Assembly (NCBI GenBank): GCA_040877915.1
Contig: JBBDNA010000006.1
Location: forward strand, 128,524-192,523
Origin: Dehalococcoidia bacterium
GTDB taxonomy: Bacteria > Chloroflexota > Dehalococcoidia > SM23-28-2 > RBG-16-64-32
DNA length: 64,000 bases
Direction: 5' to 3'
Part shown: positions 1 through 9,667 of the stretch, piece by piece
Layout of the letters: each line of letters opens with the position of its first letter
How positions within the stretch are numbered: the stretch's first letter is position 1
Notes under the pieces: model-generated
What the model was told of the DNA's origin: nothing
The model's input: the letters and a program-made list of their open reading frames with translations, nothing else
Database searches by the model: none
Program-made: the position numbers and the translations under genes

Positions 1-157
1 CGGCGTCCAGAATGCGCCGGCCCTCCAGCGGGACGTGGCGGCGCATTATCTCCAGCCGCCGCTCCAGCCCCCGCGTCCACACCTGGCTCGGGTGGCCCAG
101 CGACGCCCGCTTGTCGGCCGTCTCTACGGGTCGCTTCTCGCTCACAGCGTTGCTCAT
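1..157 (-). CDS. 5' part of a probable class I SAM-dependent methyltransferase (runs off window edge)
   Basis: Manual translation from ATG at 157: MSNAVSEKRPVETADKRASLGHPSQVWTRGLERRLEIMRRHVPLEGRRILDA..., ending at the start of a typical SAM-binding motif I (RILDxG). Confidence 0.6.
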   Translation of the reverse strand, partial: MSNAVSEKRPVETADKRASLGHPSQVWTRGLERRLEIMRRHVPLEGRRILDA

Positions 158-213
158 GCTATCGTAGGCAGGCCGGCTCCCGGAAGAGCCGGCCTTTCTG
201 TACAACGTCCCGC

Positions 214-222
214 TGCTATAAT
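214..222 (+). promoter_or_regulatory. Extended -10 promoter (TGcTATAAT) for gatCA
   Basis: TG at 214-215 and perfect TATAAT at 217-222, about 40 nt upstream of gatC. Confidence 0.65.
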
Positions 223-260
223 GGTTGCTGCTTGTCCCGCCCACGTTCAGGAGCGTTCTC

Positions 261-548
261 TTGTCCCTTACCCCGGAGCAGGTCCGACACATCGCCAGGC
301 TGGCCCGCGTCGGCGTCACCGACGAGGAGGTCGCGCGCTTCCAGGTCCAGCTCTCCGACATCCTGGACTATTTCGATCGGCTCAAGGAGCTGGACACCGA
401 GGCCGTGCCGCCCACCGCCCACACTCTCGACATGCAGAACGTGATGCGCGAGGACGAGCCTCGCCCCTCGTTCGACAAGGAAGACGTGCTGGCCAACGCC
501 CCCAGGCGCGAGGACGACCGCTTCCGTGTGCGCGCCGTGCTGGAATGA
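261..548 (+). CDS. gatC: Asp-tRNA(Asn)/Glu-tRNA(Gln) amidotransferase subunit C
   Basis: LTPEQVRHIARLARV...ILDYFDRLKELDTEAVPPT...NAP...FRVRAVLE; TTG start at 261 chosen because AGGAG lies just upstream; precedes gatA. Confidence 0.93.
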   Translation: MSLTPEQVRHIARLARVGVTDEEVARFQVQLSDILDYFDRLKELDTEAVPPTAHTLDMQNVMREDEPRPSFDKEDVLANAPRREDDRFRVRAVLE

Positions 549-653
549 GCGACAAGAAGTCCCCCGACTGCGGACTGAAGTCCGCAGCTTTCAGCCCCGC
601 CACCCCGACGAGGCCCGGCGCTTCCAACCTCCAACCTCCAATCTCGACGCTCC

Positions 654-2132
654 ATGACCACTGACCTTCACTACCTGACCGCGCACGAAGCCGCCGGCCT
701 ACTCGCCAGGCGCGAGGTGTCATCGGTCGAGCTGACGAAGGCGGCGTTCGAGCGTATCGCCGCGCTGGACGACCGCATTCACGCCTTCCTCACACTCACC
801 GAAGACGGCGCGCTGGCCCAGGCGCAGGCCGCCGACGAGCGCATCGCCCGCGGCGAGGCGGGCCCCCTCACCGGCATCCCCGCCGCCATCAAGGACGTCG
901 TCAGCACGAAGGGCGTCCGCACCACCTGCGGCTCGCGCATCCTCGAGAACTTCGTCCCGCTGTACGACGCGACGGTGATCGAGCGGCTGAAGGACGCCGG
1001 CCTGGTGATGCTGGGCAAGACCAATATGGACGAGTTCGCGATGGGCTCCTCCGGCGAGAACTCCGCCTTCGGGCCCACGCGCAACGCCTGGGACCCCGAC
1101 CGCGTGCCCGGCGGCTCCTCGGCCGGCTCGGCGGCCGCAGTGGCCTCCGGCATGGCCTGCTACGCTCTCGGCTCCGACACCGGCGGCTCGATCCGGCAGC
1201 CGGCCTGCCTCTCCGGCATCGTCGGCTTCAAGCCGACCTACGGCCGCGTGTCGCGCTACGGTCTCGTCGCCTTCGGGTCGTCGCTGGACCAGATCGGCCC
1301 GATGACCCGCTCCGTCCGCGACGCCGCGCTGGTCTTCCAGGCGATCGCCGGCCACGACGCGAACGACTCCACCTCGGCGCCGCTGGAGGTCCCCGACGTG
1401 ACCGCCGCCCTCAGCGGCGACCTGAAGGGCCTGCGGGTCGGCGTGCCGATGGAGTACTTCGTCGAAGGCATGGACGCCGACGTCCGCGACGCCGTGCGCG
1501 CCGCCGTCGGCAAGATGGCCGACCTGGGCGCGATCGTCGACTGGGAGGTCTCGCTGCCGTCGACGCCCTACGCGCTGGCCGTGTACTACATCATCGCCCC
1601 CTCGGAGGCGTCGGCTAACCTAGCCCGCTACGACGGCGTGAAGTACGGCTACTCGTACGGCGAGGGGCCCGGGATGTGGGACGACATGGAGAAGACGCGC
1701 CAGTTCGGCTTCGGCGAGGAGGTGAAGCGCCGCATCATGCTGGGCACCTACGCCCTCTCCGCCGGCTACTACGACGCCTACTACGTGAAGGCGCAGAAGG
1801 TGCGCACGCTCATCCGCCGCGAGTTCGACGCCGCCTTCCAGGACCACGACGTGCTGGTGGCGCCGGTCTCGCCGACGCCGGCGTTCAAGATCGGCGAGAA
1901 GGTGGACGACCCGCTGCAGATGTACCTCAGCGACGTCTGCACGATCCCCGTGAACATCGCCGGGCTGCCGGGCATGTCCATCCCCTGCGGCTTCAGCGAC
2001 GTCGACGGCAAGCGTCTCCCGATCGGCCTGCAGGTGCTCGCCAAACCGTTCGACGAGCCCTCGCTGTTCCGCACCGCCTACGCCTACGAGCAGGCCACGG
2101 ACTGGCACACCCAGCACCCGGAGGTGACGTGA
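654..2132 (+). CDS. gatA: Asp-tRNA(Asn)/Glu-tRNA(Gln) amidotransferase subunit A
   Basis: Amidase signature (KD..., [19 protein letters not shown]), [33 protein letters not shown]. Confidence 0.97.
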   Translation: MTTDLHYLTAHEAAGLLARREVSSVELTKAAFERIAALDDRIHAFLTLTEDGALAQAQAADERIARGEAGPLTGIPAAIKDVVSTKGVRTTCGSRILENFVPLYDATVIERLKDAGLVMLGKTNMDEFAMGSSGENSAFGPTRNAWDPDRVPGGSSAGSAAAVASGMACYALGSDTGGSIRQPACLSGIVGFKPTYGRVSRYGLVAFGSSLDQIGPMTRSVRDAALVFQAIAGHDANDSTSAPLEVPDVTAALSGDLKGLRVGVPMEYFVEGMDADVRDAVRAAVGKMADLGAIVDWEVSLPSTPYALAVYYIIAPSEASANLARYDGVKYGYSYGEGPGMWDDMEKTRQFGFGEEVKRRIMLGTYALSAGYYDAYYVKAQKVRTLIRREFDAAFQDHDVLVAPVSPTPAFKIGEKVDDPLQMYLSDVCTIPVNIAGLPGMSIPCGFSDVDGKRLPIGLQVLAKPFDEPSLFRTAYAYEQATDWHTQHPEVT

Positions 2133-3229
2133 CCCTCCCCCGCACGATCGCCGACATACCCACGCCCGCGCTGCTGGTGGACGTGGCCGCGATGCAGCGC
2201 AACATCCAGCGCATGGCGGAGTTCTTCGCGGAGGGGCCCTGCAAGCTGCGGCCCCACTTCAAGGCCCACAAGACGCCGGAGATCGCCCGCCGACAGCTCG
2301 AGGCCGGCTCCTGCGCCGGCCTCACCTGCGCCACCGTCGCCGAGGCGGAGGTCGCGGCGGAGTTCTGCGACGATATCCTCATCGCCAACCAGGTGATCGG
2401 CGCCGACAAAGCGGCCCGCGTCGCCGAGCTGGCGCGACAGGTCAGCATCACCGTCGCCGTCGACTCCGGCCGCGGGCTGGACGAGATCGCGGCCGCGGCC
2501 AGCGCGGCCGGCAGCGAGGTCGGCGTGCTGGTCGAAGTGAGCATCGGGTTTCGCTGCGGCGTCGCCCCCGGCGAGCCGGCGCTGGCCCTGGCCCGCCGCG
2601 CCGCCGACACGACCGGCGTCTCCCTGCGCGGCCTGATGGGCTACGAGGGCCACGCCGTCGGCCTCGAGGACCGGGCCAGCCGCGAGACCACAACCCGCGC
2701 CGCCGTCGTAGACCGGCTGCTGCCCAGCGTCCGGCTGGTGCGCGAGGCCGGCCTGCCCTGCGACATCGTCAGCGCCGGCGGCACCGGCACGTTCGACATC
2801 ACCGGTCGCATCGAGGGCGTCACGGAGATCCAGGCCGGCTCCTACGTCCTCATGGACACCGCCTACGCCAGGCTGGGCCTGCCGTTCGAGCAGGCGCTGT
2901 CGCTGCTGGGCACCGTCCTCAGCCGCCCCAGCGCGGCGATGTGCGTTGCCGACTGCGGGCACAAGTCCTGTACGTACGACCACGGCAACCCCGACGTTCG
3001 CGACGTCGAGGGCGCGAGCGTGGTCTTCCTCAGCGACGAGCACGCCTCGATCAGCCTGCCGGCCGGCGCGCCCCACCAGCCCGGCGACCGCATCCAGCTC
3101 TGGCCGTCGCACGTCGACCCGACGATCAACCTGCACGACGTCCTCTACGCCGTCGATGGCGACACCGTCGTCGACGTCTGGCCGGTGAGCGCCCGCGGCT
3201 ACGCGGAGCAGCGCCAGCACGGCGCTTGA
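2129..3229 (+). CDS. PLP-dependent fold-type III enzyme (D-threonine aldolase / D-serine dehydratase-like)
   Basis: [16 protein letters not shown] (PLP lysine), [31 protein letters not shown]; GTG start overlaps the gatA stop (GTGA). Confidence 0.85.
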   Translation: MTLPRTIADIPTPALLVDVAAMQRNIQRMAEFFAEGPCKLRPHFKAHKTPEIARRQLEAGSCAGLTCATVAEAEVAAEFCDDILIANQVIGADKAARVAELARQVSITVAVDSGRGLDEIAAAASAAGSEVGVLVEVSIGFRCGVAPGEPALALARRAADTTGVSLRGLMGYEGHAVGLEDRASRETTTRAAVVDRLLPSVRLVREAGLPCDIVSAGGTGTFDITGRIEGVTEIQAGSYVLMDTAYARLGLPFEQALSLLGTVLSRPSAAMCVADCGHKSCTYDHGNPDVRDVEGASVVFLSDEHASISLPAGAPHQPGDRIQLWPSHVDPTINLHDVLYAVDGDTVVDVWPVSARGYAEQRQHGA

Positions 3230-3251
3230 CGCGCCCGCTACAATCGTCAGC

Positions 3252-4076
3252 ATGAGCGAGACGCTGCCGCAGCCCGCGCCCGTTACGGCAGACACATTCG
3301 AGCGCTATGCCCACTTCCTCAAGCGGACGCGGGAGATGGGTGTCGTCGGGCACCGCGGCGGCCTCCAGGCCACGCGTGACCTCATCGAGATGTGCGAGCT
3401 CCAGCCGGGCCAGCGCATCCTGGAAGTGGGCTGCGGCAGCGGCTACACCGCCTGCACGGTCGCGAAGGAGCACGGCGTATTCGTCGCGGCAGCGGACCTC
3501 GAGCCGCACCTCATCGCCCGTTCCCGGCAGCGCGCCCGATCGTCGAAGGTCGAGTCGAGCGTAGAGCTGGCGCTGGCCGACGCCCGCCGCCTACCCTTCG
3601 CCGACGCGGCGTTCGACGGCGTAATCTGCGAGTCGATCCTCGCCTTCCTGGAGGACAAGGCCACCCCGCTGGCCGAGTTCCACCGGGTGCTCAAGCCCGG
3701 CGGATTTGTCGCCCTCAACGAGATTACGTTCCTGGAGACGCCGCCGGCCGACCTGCTTTCCGCGTTGCGCGGCGCCGCGCAACGGGTGCCCGGCTTCCTG
3801 GCCGTCCCCGTCGACCCGGCGGAGCACCGGCGGCTCCTGGAGGACGGCGGCTTCACCTCGATCCGCGTCGAGACCGGGGACGTGCCGACGCGTCAGCAGA
3901 TAATGGAGCAGCTCCAGGTGGACGGATTCCGCGCCCTGAAGCCGTTCTTCGCCTCCATCTTCGACCGGGAGATGCGACAGGCGGTCTACCGCCGGGAGAT
4001 GGGCGAGGCCCAGCGCGTATTCGAGGCGCACACGGGCTACGGACTGTACTTCGGACGCAAACCGCCGGTGGCTTAG
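3252..4076 (+). CDS. Class I SAM-dependent methyltransferase
   Basis: ILEVGCGSG motif I, ADARRLPFADAAFD, RVLKPGG; TACAAT 7 nt before ATG suggests a leaderless start. Confidence 0.85.
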   Translation: MSETLPQPAPVTADTFERYAHFLKRTREMGVVGHRGGLQATRDLIEMCELQPGQRILEVGCGSGYTACTVAKEHGVFVAAADLEPHLIARSRQRARSSKVESSVELALADARRLPFADAAFDGVICESILAFLEDKATPLAEFHRVLKPGGFVALNEITFLETPPADLLSALRGAAQRVPGFLAVPVDPAEHRRLLEDGGFTSIRVETGDVPTRQQIMEQLQVDGFRALKPFFASIFDREMRQAVYRREMGEAQRVFEAHTGYGLYFGRKPPVA

Positions 4077-5326
4077 GCGGACCTTGCCGGCTTCTGGCTG
4101 GCCGCTTCCTCCGTCAGGCCGGCCCCCAGACACCAGCGGTTCCCGCCCTCCCGCTTGGCCCGGTACATGGCCTGATCGGCGGCGCGGATCAGATCGTCCA
4201 TGCTCGTCCCGGAGCTCGGGTACACGGCGATCCCGAAGCTCAGCGTCGGCACGGGAAGGTCCGCCCAGACCTCCTCCGTTCTGTCGCGGATGTAACGGGC
4301 GACCCGGCTGCACATGCGCACGGCGCCAGGGGCGTCGGTGTCAGGCAGGACGATAAGGAACTCGTCGCCGCCCATCCTGCCGATCTGGTCCGTGTCCCGG
4401 GACCTGTCGACCAGACCGCGCGAGAGGAACTGCAGGATACGATCGCCGTAGGGGTGCCCGCCACGATCGTTGCACTCCTTGAAGTTGTCGCCATCGGCGA
4501 TGATCACCGCCATCGAGCGGCGTCCGCGCTGGGCCAGGGCCAGAAGCTCTCGCATGCGGCGGCTGATGGCGCCTCGGTTGAGCAGGCCGGTGAGCTGGTC
4601 GGTCTCGGCCCGTCGCAAGAGGGCCTCCGTCCTCTCCTCCACCTTGCGCTCCAGCTCCTCGTTCAGCGCCCGCAGGCGCCCCTCGGCGGCCAGCAGCTCC
4701 TCGTTCGCCCGCAGCGCGTCGTCGCGTTCGCGGCGCACCTCGTTGCCGATGAACACCATCCAGAACGTCACCGTGGCCAGCACCCCCACGAAGGCCAGCG
4801 TCGTGGTGACGATGAACTCCATGTCGCGGAACCGCTCCGGGCCCTGGGGCAGGTACCACTGGTGCGGAATGGTGTTGGCGGCGTCCAGCGATACCAGCGT
4901 GACGAACGAGGCGCACACCGCCACCATGAACAGCGTGGCGCCGCGCCAGGAGAGAAACACCGTGGCGTACATCAGGCCGTAGATGTAGGCCACCGCGCCC
5001 AGCCAGCTCAGCCCGCCCAGGAAATAGACGATGGCCGTGTGGAACCCCAGCTCCATCGCCAGCAGGCCGTAGTGCAGGTGGTCCAGGGTTCGCTCCGCCC
5101 GCACGCGCTCCATCAGCCAGCGATAGGCGAACAGCGTGGACGCTTCCGCCATCAGCACCAGGGCGAAGGCGTAGGGCATGGGGTAGCCGGCGACGAATAG
5201 CGTCCCCCACAAGCCGATAAACAGCAGAACGAGGGCTATGCGCGCCAGCGCGAACGCGCGGTGCTGACGCTTCTTACGCGCGAACGTCTCCGTTCGCACC
5301 GGTGGAACCGCCTCCAGCTTGACCAT
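4073..5326 (-). CDS. Membrane-anchored diguanylate cyclase (GGDEF domain)
   Basis: About five N-terminal hydrophobic helices, coiled coil, then DQLTGLLNR, D(G)DNFKECND, GHPYGD, RMGGDEF, ADQAMYRAK. Start placed at MVKLEAV (GAGGAG upstream). Confidence 0.88.
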   Translation of the reverse strand: MVKLEAVPPVRTETFARKKRQHRAFALARIALVLLFIGLWGTLFVAGYPMPYAFALVLMAEASTLFAYRWLMERVRAERTLDHLHYGLLAMELGFHTAIVYFLGGLSWLGAVAYIYGLMYATVFLSWRGATLFMVAVCASFVTLVSLDAANTIPHQWYLPQGPERFRDMEFIVTTTLAFVGVLATVTFWMVFIGNEVRRERDDALRANEELLAAEGRLRALNEELERKVEERTEALLRRAETDQLTGLLNRGAISRRMRELLALAQRGRRSMAVIIADGDNFKECNDRGGHPYGDRILQFLSRGLVDRSRDTDQIGRMGGDEFLIVLPDTDAPGAVRMCSRVARYIRDRTEEVWADLPVPTLSFGIAVYPSSGTSMDDLIRAADQAMYRAKREGGNRWCLGAGLTEEAASQKPARSA

Positions 5327-5593
5327 CTCCTCGATACGTTGACCGCCCCGGCGGCCCGCCGGCGCCCCATCTGCCCGACCCCGAATACTGCGCCGGCTGT
5401 TATTTAAGAGCCGCGCGTAGCCGCCTGCGTTTCGCCTTGAACGCAACTTTAACCAAAGCCAAACGTTCGGCTGTCACAGATACACATCCCGGCCCGTGCG
5501 GGATGACACCGCGCCGCGCCTCTGCTACGATTATCGGAACGGCGCAGCGACTCCTTTTCCCCGCCCGACGCGTCCTTCGGAGGCCACCGCAGA

Positions 5594-6775
5594 GTGACTG
5601 AGAGTTCGTATACCATCAAGCCGGAGTACATATCCGATAGGGTCCGCACGCTCCCGTCCTCCGGAATTCGCCGCTTCTTCGAACTGATCACCAACATGGA
5701 CGGCGTTATCTCCCTCGGCGTCGGCGAGCCCGATTTCGTGACGCCCGAGCGCTTCAGCGAGGCCGCGTTCCAGGCGGTTCAGGCCGGCCACACCCACTAC
5801 ACGTCGAACTACGGCCTCATCGAGCTCCGCGAAGCGGTGTCCGATCACCTGGACCGGCTCTACGGCGTCCGCTACGACCCCCGCAACGAGATCCTGATAA
5901 CCATCGGCGTATCCGAAGGTCTCCTCCTCGCCCTCATGACCATCCTCAACCCCGGCGACGAACTGCTCTCCGCCGACCCCTACTACGTGGCCTATCTCCC
6001 CACCTGCCAGCTGGCCGGGGGCAATTTCGTTCCCGTGGCCACCGGCATGGAGACCGACTTCCGCGTTAGCGCCCACGACCTGGAGGCACACTGCACCGAT
6101 CGGACCAAGGGCATCCTACTGGGCTACCCCTCCAACCCCACCGGTGCCCAGATGACCCGCGAGGGGCTCACCGGCATCGCCGACCTGGCCGCCCGGCGGG
6201 ACCTCATCGTGGTGTCCGACGAGATATACGACCGGTTGTCCTACGGCCTGCCCCACAACTGCTTCGCCTCCCTCCCCGGCATGCGAGAGCGCACCATCCT
6301 CCTGGGCGGCTTCTCCAAGGCCTACGCTATGACCGGCTGGCGCGTCGGCTGGGTGTGCGCTCCGGCCGAGCTCCTGGAAGCGATGATGAAGATCCACCAG
6401 TACATCATCATGTCGGCGCCCACGCCGGCCCAGTACGCCGCCCTGGAGGCGATCCGAACCGGCGAGGAGGAGAGCCAGCGCATGATCGCCGACTTCGACT
6501 CCCGCCGCCGCCTCATCGTGTCCGCGCTCAACGACATGGGGCTCACCTGCTTCGACCCCCACGGCGCCTTCTACGCCTTCCCCTCCGTCCGCTCCACCGG
6601 CCTCGACGACGTGGAGTTTTCGGAGCGCCTCCTGATGGAGGAGAAGGTGGCGGTCATCCCCGGCTCCGCCTTCGGCGATTGCGGCCGCGGCCACGTACGC
6701 GCCTGCTACGCGGCGCCACGCCCGCTCCTGGAAGAGGGGCTGGAGCGCATCCGGCGCTTCGTCAAGGGGCTCTAA
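5594..6775 (+). CDS. Class I/II PLP-dependent aminotransferase (aspartate/aromatic aminotransferase-like)
   Basis: ISLGVGEPDF, YPSNPTG, SDEIY, GFSKAYAMTGWRVG, PGSAFG. Confidence 0.9.
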   Translation: MTESSYTIKPEYISDRVRTLPSSGIRRFFELITNMDGVISLGVGEPDFVTPERFSEAAFQAVQAGHTHYTSNYGLIELREAVSDHLDRLYGVRYDPRNEILITIGVSEGLLLALMTILNPGDELLSADPYYVAYLPTCQLAGGNFVPVATGMETDFRVSAHDLEAHCTDRTKGILLGYPSNPTGAQMTREGLTGIADLAARRDLIVVSDEIYDRLSYGLPHNCFASLPGMRERTILLGGFSKAYAMTGWRVGWVCAPAELLEAMMKIHQYIIMSAPTPAQYAALEAIRTGEEESQRMIADFDSRRRLIVSALNDMGLTCFDPHGAFYAFPSVRSTGLDDVEFSERLLMEEKVAVIPGSAFGDCGRGHVRACYAAPRPLLEEGLERIRRFVKGL

Positions 6776-6831
6776 TCTGTACTATTCTCGTGGATGTGCC
6801 GACATCTTTCGCGACACTGGTTAGCCCAACT

Positions 6832-7010
6832 CGTTCTCCCTGAGCCGCCCGGAGTCCGCCAGGGGCGGACGGAGGGCGAGTCGAAGGGCTTCGCCAGCGC
6901 GTCGTAATCGCACCTTTGTGCGCATAGCGGACAGCCTTCGTGTTCGTACGTATCGACGAAGCACTTCGACAAACCGGCCTGCCTGCCGGCAGGCAGGCTC
7001 AGTGCGAACG
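6832..7010. repeat. Inverted pair of CTGAGC..GTCGAAG / CTTCGAC..GCTCAG repeat arms, each carrying an inserted hairpin
   Basis: Left arm CTGAGC(6840-45)-34 nt hairpin-GTCGAAGGG(6880-88); right arm CTTCGAC(6964-70)-24 nt insert-AGGCTCAG(6995-7002); insert overlaps a perfect 22-bp palindrome GCCTGCCTGCCGGCAGGCAGGC (6977-6998). Confidence 0.8.
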
Positions 7011-7160
7011 GATCGCTGGCTGAAGCGGCTCGGACGACGGGAGTCGTTACCGTTGCATCAGCCGTCGCTACGGTTTATGGATAGCACCATCCAGTCGCCG
7101 AATCCACCTGTGAGCGCGGTCACACCGGCGCCTTACCCGTTGCGCTAAACTGGTGTCGCC

Positions 7161-7991
7161 ATGACGACGACACACGAACTGCCGGAAGGCTACATCCTGC
7201 ACGTCGCCTCCTCCTCCGGCGACGTTACCGTCATCGCCGAGGAGCGCGCCGACGTCGAGATCTCCGATACCGCCCGCGCCGAGCTGAGGACGGGCGAGAA
7301 CGACCCGGAGGATGAGCGTCCTCGCGAGCGGCGGCGCTCCCGGCGCCACAAGGGCCCGGTGAAGGCCATCCTGCAGGCCGTCCTTGGCGGTCCCGTCCAC
7401 AAGCACCACGGTCACGAGCGCGGCCCGGCGCTGGAAGTGCGTTCGCGTCGCGGCGGCTCCCAGAACATCGAGGTGCGCTGCCCGGCCGGGACCAGCGTGG
7501 CCGTCGGTACCATCTCCGGCAACGTCGACCTGCGCGGCCGCTTCGGCCCCGCCCGCCTCGCCACCGCCTCCGGCGACATCCGCGTGGAGGAGGCGGAGAG
7601 CGTGGACGCGCGCTCCATCTCCGGGGACCTGGAGGTCGGCTCTTGCGATGGCAGCTGCCGGCTGACCACGAAGTCCGGCCACATCGAAGCCGGCAAGACG
7701 GGCGCCGCCCAGGCCGACACCGTCTCCGGCCACGTCCACCTGGACCGGACGGCCGGCGCGGTGACCGTGCGTACCGTCTCCGGCAACATCGAAGTGGGCA
7801 CCGACGGGTCGGACGCCGTCAAGGTGCGGTCGGTCTCCGGCGGCGTCAACGTCAAGATCGCCGGCGACCGCCTGCCCGACCCCCACCTGCGCTCCCTCAG
7901 CGGCAAGGTGGAATGCGACTGCCCCACCGGCTCCGACTTCCCCCTGGAGGTGACCACCGTCTCCGGCAAGATCGACGTGGAACCCACGTGA
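7161..7991 (+). CDS. DUF4097-like beta-strand repeat protein
   Basis: Repeated (T/S)xSGD/N/H-hydrophobic units (TISGNV, TASGDI, SISGDL, TKSGHI, TVSGHV, TVSGNI, SVSGGV, SLSGKV, TVSGKI). Confidence 0.8.
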   Translation: MTTTHELPEGYILHVASSSGDVTVIAEERADVEISDTARAELRTGENDPEDERPRERRRSRRHKGPVKAILQAVLGGPVHKHHGHERGPALEVRSRRGGSQNIEVRCPAGTSVAVGTISGNVDLRGRFGPARLATASGDIRVEEAESVDARSISGDLEVGSCDGSCRLTTKSGHIEAGKTGAAQADTVSGHVHLDRTAGAVTVRTVSGNIEVGTDGSDAVKVRSVSGGVNVKIAGDRLPDPHLRSLSGKVECDCPTGSDFPLEVTTVSGKIDVEPT

Positions 7992-8533
7992 ACGCCGAAG
8001 CCCCGGCCACCGTCGCCGCGGCGGAGTGCACCATCATGTTCACCGATCTCGTCGGCTTCACCGAGTACACCGCCCTCCACGGCGACGCCGTGGCGCTCCA
8101 GCTGCTGGCCGCCCAGGAGCGCATAGTCCGCGAGGCCCTTCCGGCCGGCTCGCGCATCGTCAAGGAGCTGGGCGATGGGCTGATGCTCTCCTTCGACGGA
8201 CCCTGCGACGCCATCGAGACCGGCCTCGCCCTCCAGGAGCGGTTCGAGGCGGAGGCCGCCAGCGCCGATTTTCCCCTGTGGGTGCGCATCGGCGTGCACA
8301 GCGGCCGCCCCGTGCCCCGCGGCGACGACCTCGTGGGCAACGACGTGAACATCGCCGCCCGCATCGTCGACCTCGCCGCCCCCGGCGAGGTCATCACCTC
8401 CGAGGCGACGGTCAACCAGGCCGCCGACGACCTCGAGGGCATCGTTTTCGAACCGCTCGGCCCGGCCGTCATCCGCGGCATCCCCTCGCCCATCCCGCTG
8501 TTCCGCGCGATGCGTGAGGAGGACGAGGGCTAG
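7988..8533 (+). CDS. Stand-alone class III adenylate/guanylate cyclase domain protein
   Basis: MFTDLVGFT, VKELGDG, RIGVHSG, DLVGNDVNIAARI; GTG start overlaps the upstream stop. Confidence 0.88.
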   Translation: MNAEAPATVAAAECTIMFTDLVGFTEYTALHGDAVALQLLAAQERIVREALPAGSRIVKELGDGLMLSFDGPCDAIETGLALQERFEAEAASADFPLWVRIGVHSGRPVPRGDDLVGNDVNIAARIVDLAAPGEVITSEATVNQAADDLEGIVFEPLGPAVIRGIPSPIPLFRAMREEDEG

Positions 8534-8561
8534 CCTCCGCCAGCGAGACTCAGCGGGCAGG

Positions 8562-8809
8562 CCCTCACCCCGACCTGTCGGTCGCCCCTCTCCCGCAGGC
8601 GGGAGAGGGGCCAGGGAGAGGGCTCGGTCTAAGCTGCGCCTTTCAAGGCGCAGTACAGCATCCGGGCGGGTGGGCGGGCCGGACCACGCAGGCGCCGCGG
8701 CAAGCGAAGGACCTCCCGCGAAGGGCTCACCTTAACCACCCACGCCCGCTCACCCTGAGCCTGTCGAAGGGTGAGCCGCTCGTACTTCGACAGGCTCAGC
8801 ACGAGCGGG
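8562..8809. repeat. Intergenic mosaic of three repeat types between convergent genes
   Basis: CCCTCACCC..CCCCTCTCCCGC/GCGGGAGAGGGG hairpin (8585-8610); TTCA-loop hairpin (8634-8653); perfect 15-bp inverted repeat CTGAGCCTGTCGAAG (8755-69) / CTTCGACAGGCTCAG (8785-99). Confidence 0.85.
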
Positions 8810-8847
8810 ACGACTAGGGCGCCATCGTGCCCGCCGGCCGTGCGGCC

Positions 8848-9660
8848 CTACTCCCGCCAGGCCCGGTCGCGGACGAGGGAGAGCATGTCGGCCACGGCCT
8901 CCGGCGCGCCGGCGATGGCGCCGGCGCTGTCGATGCCGACCGGCTCGCCGTCGCGGTCGATGACGGCGCCGCCGCCCTCGCGCACCTGCACGATCCCCGC
9001 CGCGACGTCCCAGGGATACAGCGAGTGGTGGATGAACACGTCGAAGCGGCCGCTGGCGGCGTAGGCCAGGCCCAGGGCGGCGCTGCCCATGTCGCGGAGC
9101 CCCTCCATCGGCCAGAGGTCGGTCGCCAGCTCGAGTATCCGCTGCGCCTTCAGGTCGTCGTACCCCAGGCCGATGGCGACCATGCTGTCCTTTACCCGCT
9201 GCGCGTTCGAGACCCGCGCCGGCTTGCCGCGAACGGTCAGCCCGCGGCCCGCCTGCGCGAAGTACTCCTCGCCCGTGGCCGGAGGGAACGTCAGCCCCAG
9301 CAGCGGCTCGCGTTCGTAACAGAGCGCGATGTTGAAGGCGAAGTGCGGTATCCCCTGCGAGAAGTTGTGCGTCCCGTCCAGCGGGTCCACGACCCACATC
9401 CAGCCGTCGCCGCGCACGTCAGAGGCGGTCTCCTCGGACAGCACGTCGTGGTCCGGGTACTCCTCGCGCAGGATGTCCAGCGTCACCGCCTCCGCCGACA
9501 GGTCCGTCTCCGTCACGAAGTTGCCACGACCCTTCACCCCGCGTTCGCCGCCCGTCCCGTAGATGAACGCGGCCATGATCACGCGGCCGGCCTTCTGGGC
9601 GCAGGCCCGCGCGACCTCCTCGGCGGTCTTGCCGGTCGCGGACAGCGGGAGGTCCGGCAA
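8848..9660 (-). CDS. suhB: Inositol monophosphatase family protein
   Basis: FVTETD, LSEE, WVVDPLDGTHNF, GSAALGLAYAASGR, WDVAAG. Confidence 0.85.
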   Translation of the reverse strand: MPDLPLSATGKTAEEVARACAQKAGRVIMAAFIYGTGGERGVKGRGNFVTETDLSAEAVTLDILREEYPDHDVLSEETASDVRGDGWMWVVDPLDGTHNFSQGIPHFAFNIALCYEREPLLGLTFPPATGEEYFAQAGRGLTVRGKPARVSNAQRVKDSMVAIGLGYDDLKAQRILELATDLWPMEGLRDMGSAALGLAYAASGRFDVFIHHSLYPWDVAAGIVQVREGGGAVIDRDGEPVGIDSAGAIAGAPEAVADMLSLVRDRAWRE

Positions 9661-9667
9661 CGCCCGG

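Noticed and set aside
5327-5593. c-di-GMP riboswitch upstream of the GGDEF gene
   Set aside because: Several small hairpins are present, but I could not find the GGCAAAC/GAAA-tetraloop or class II consensus.
7988-8533. Pycsar anti-phage cyclase
   Set aside because: It keeps ATP-specifying Lys/Asp residues and has no adjacent TM or TIR effector with a cNMP-binding domain.
8755-8799. Integron attC sites or IS ends
   Set aside because: No GTTRRRY/RYYYAAC core, no integrase or transposase, and no cassette-like array.
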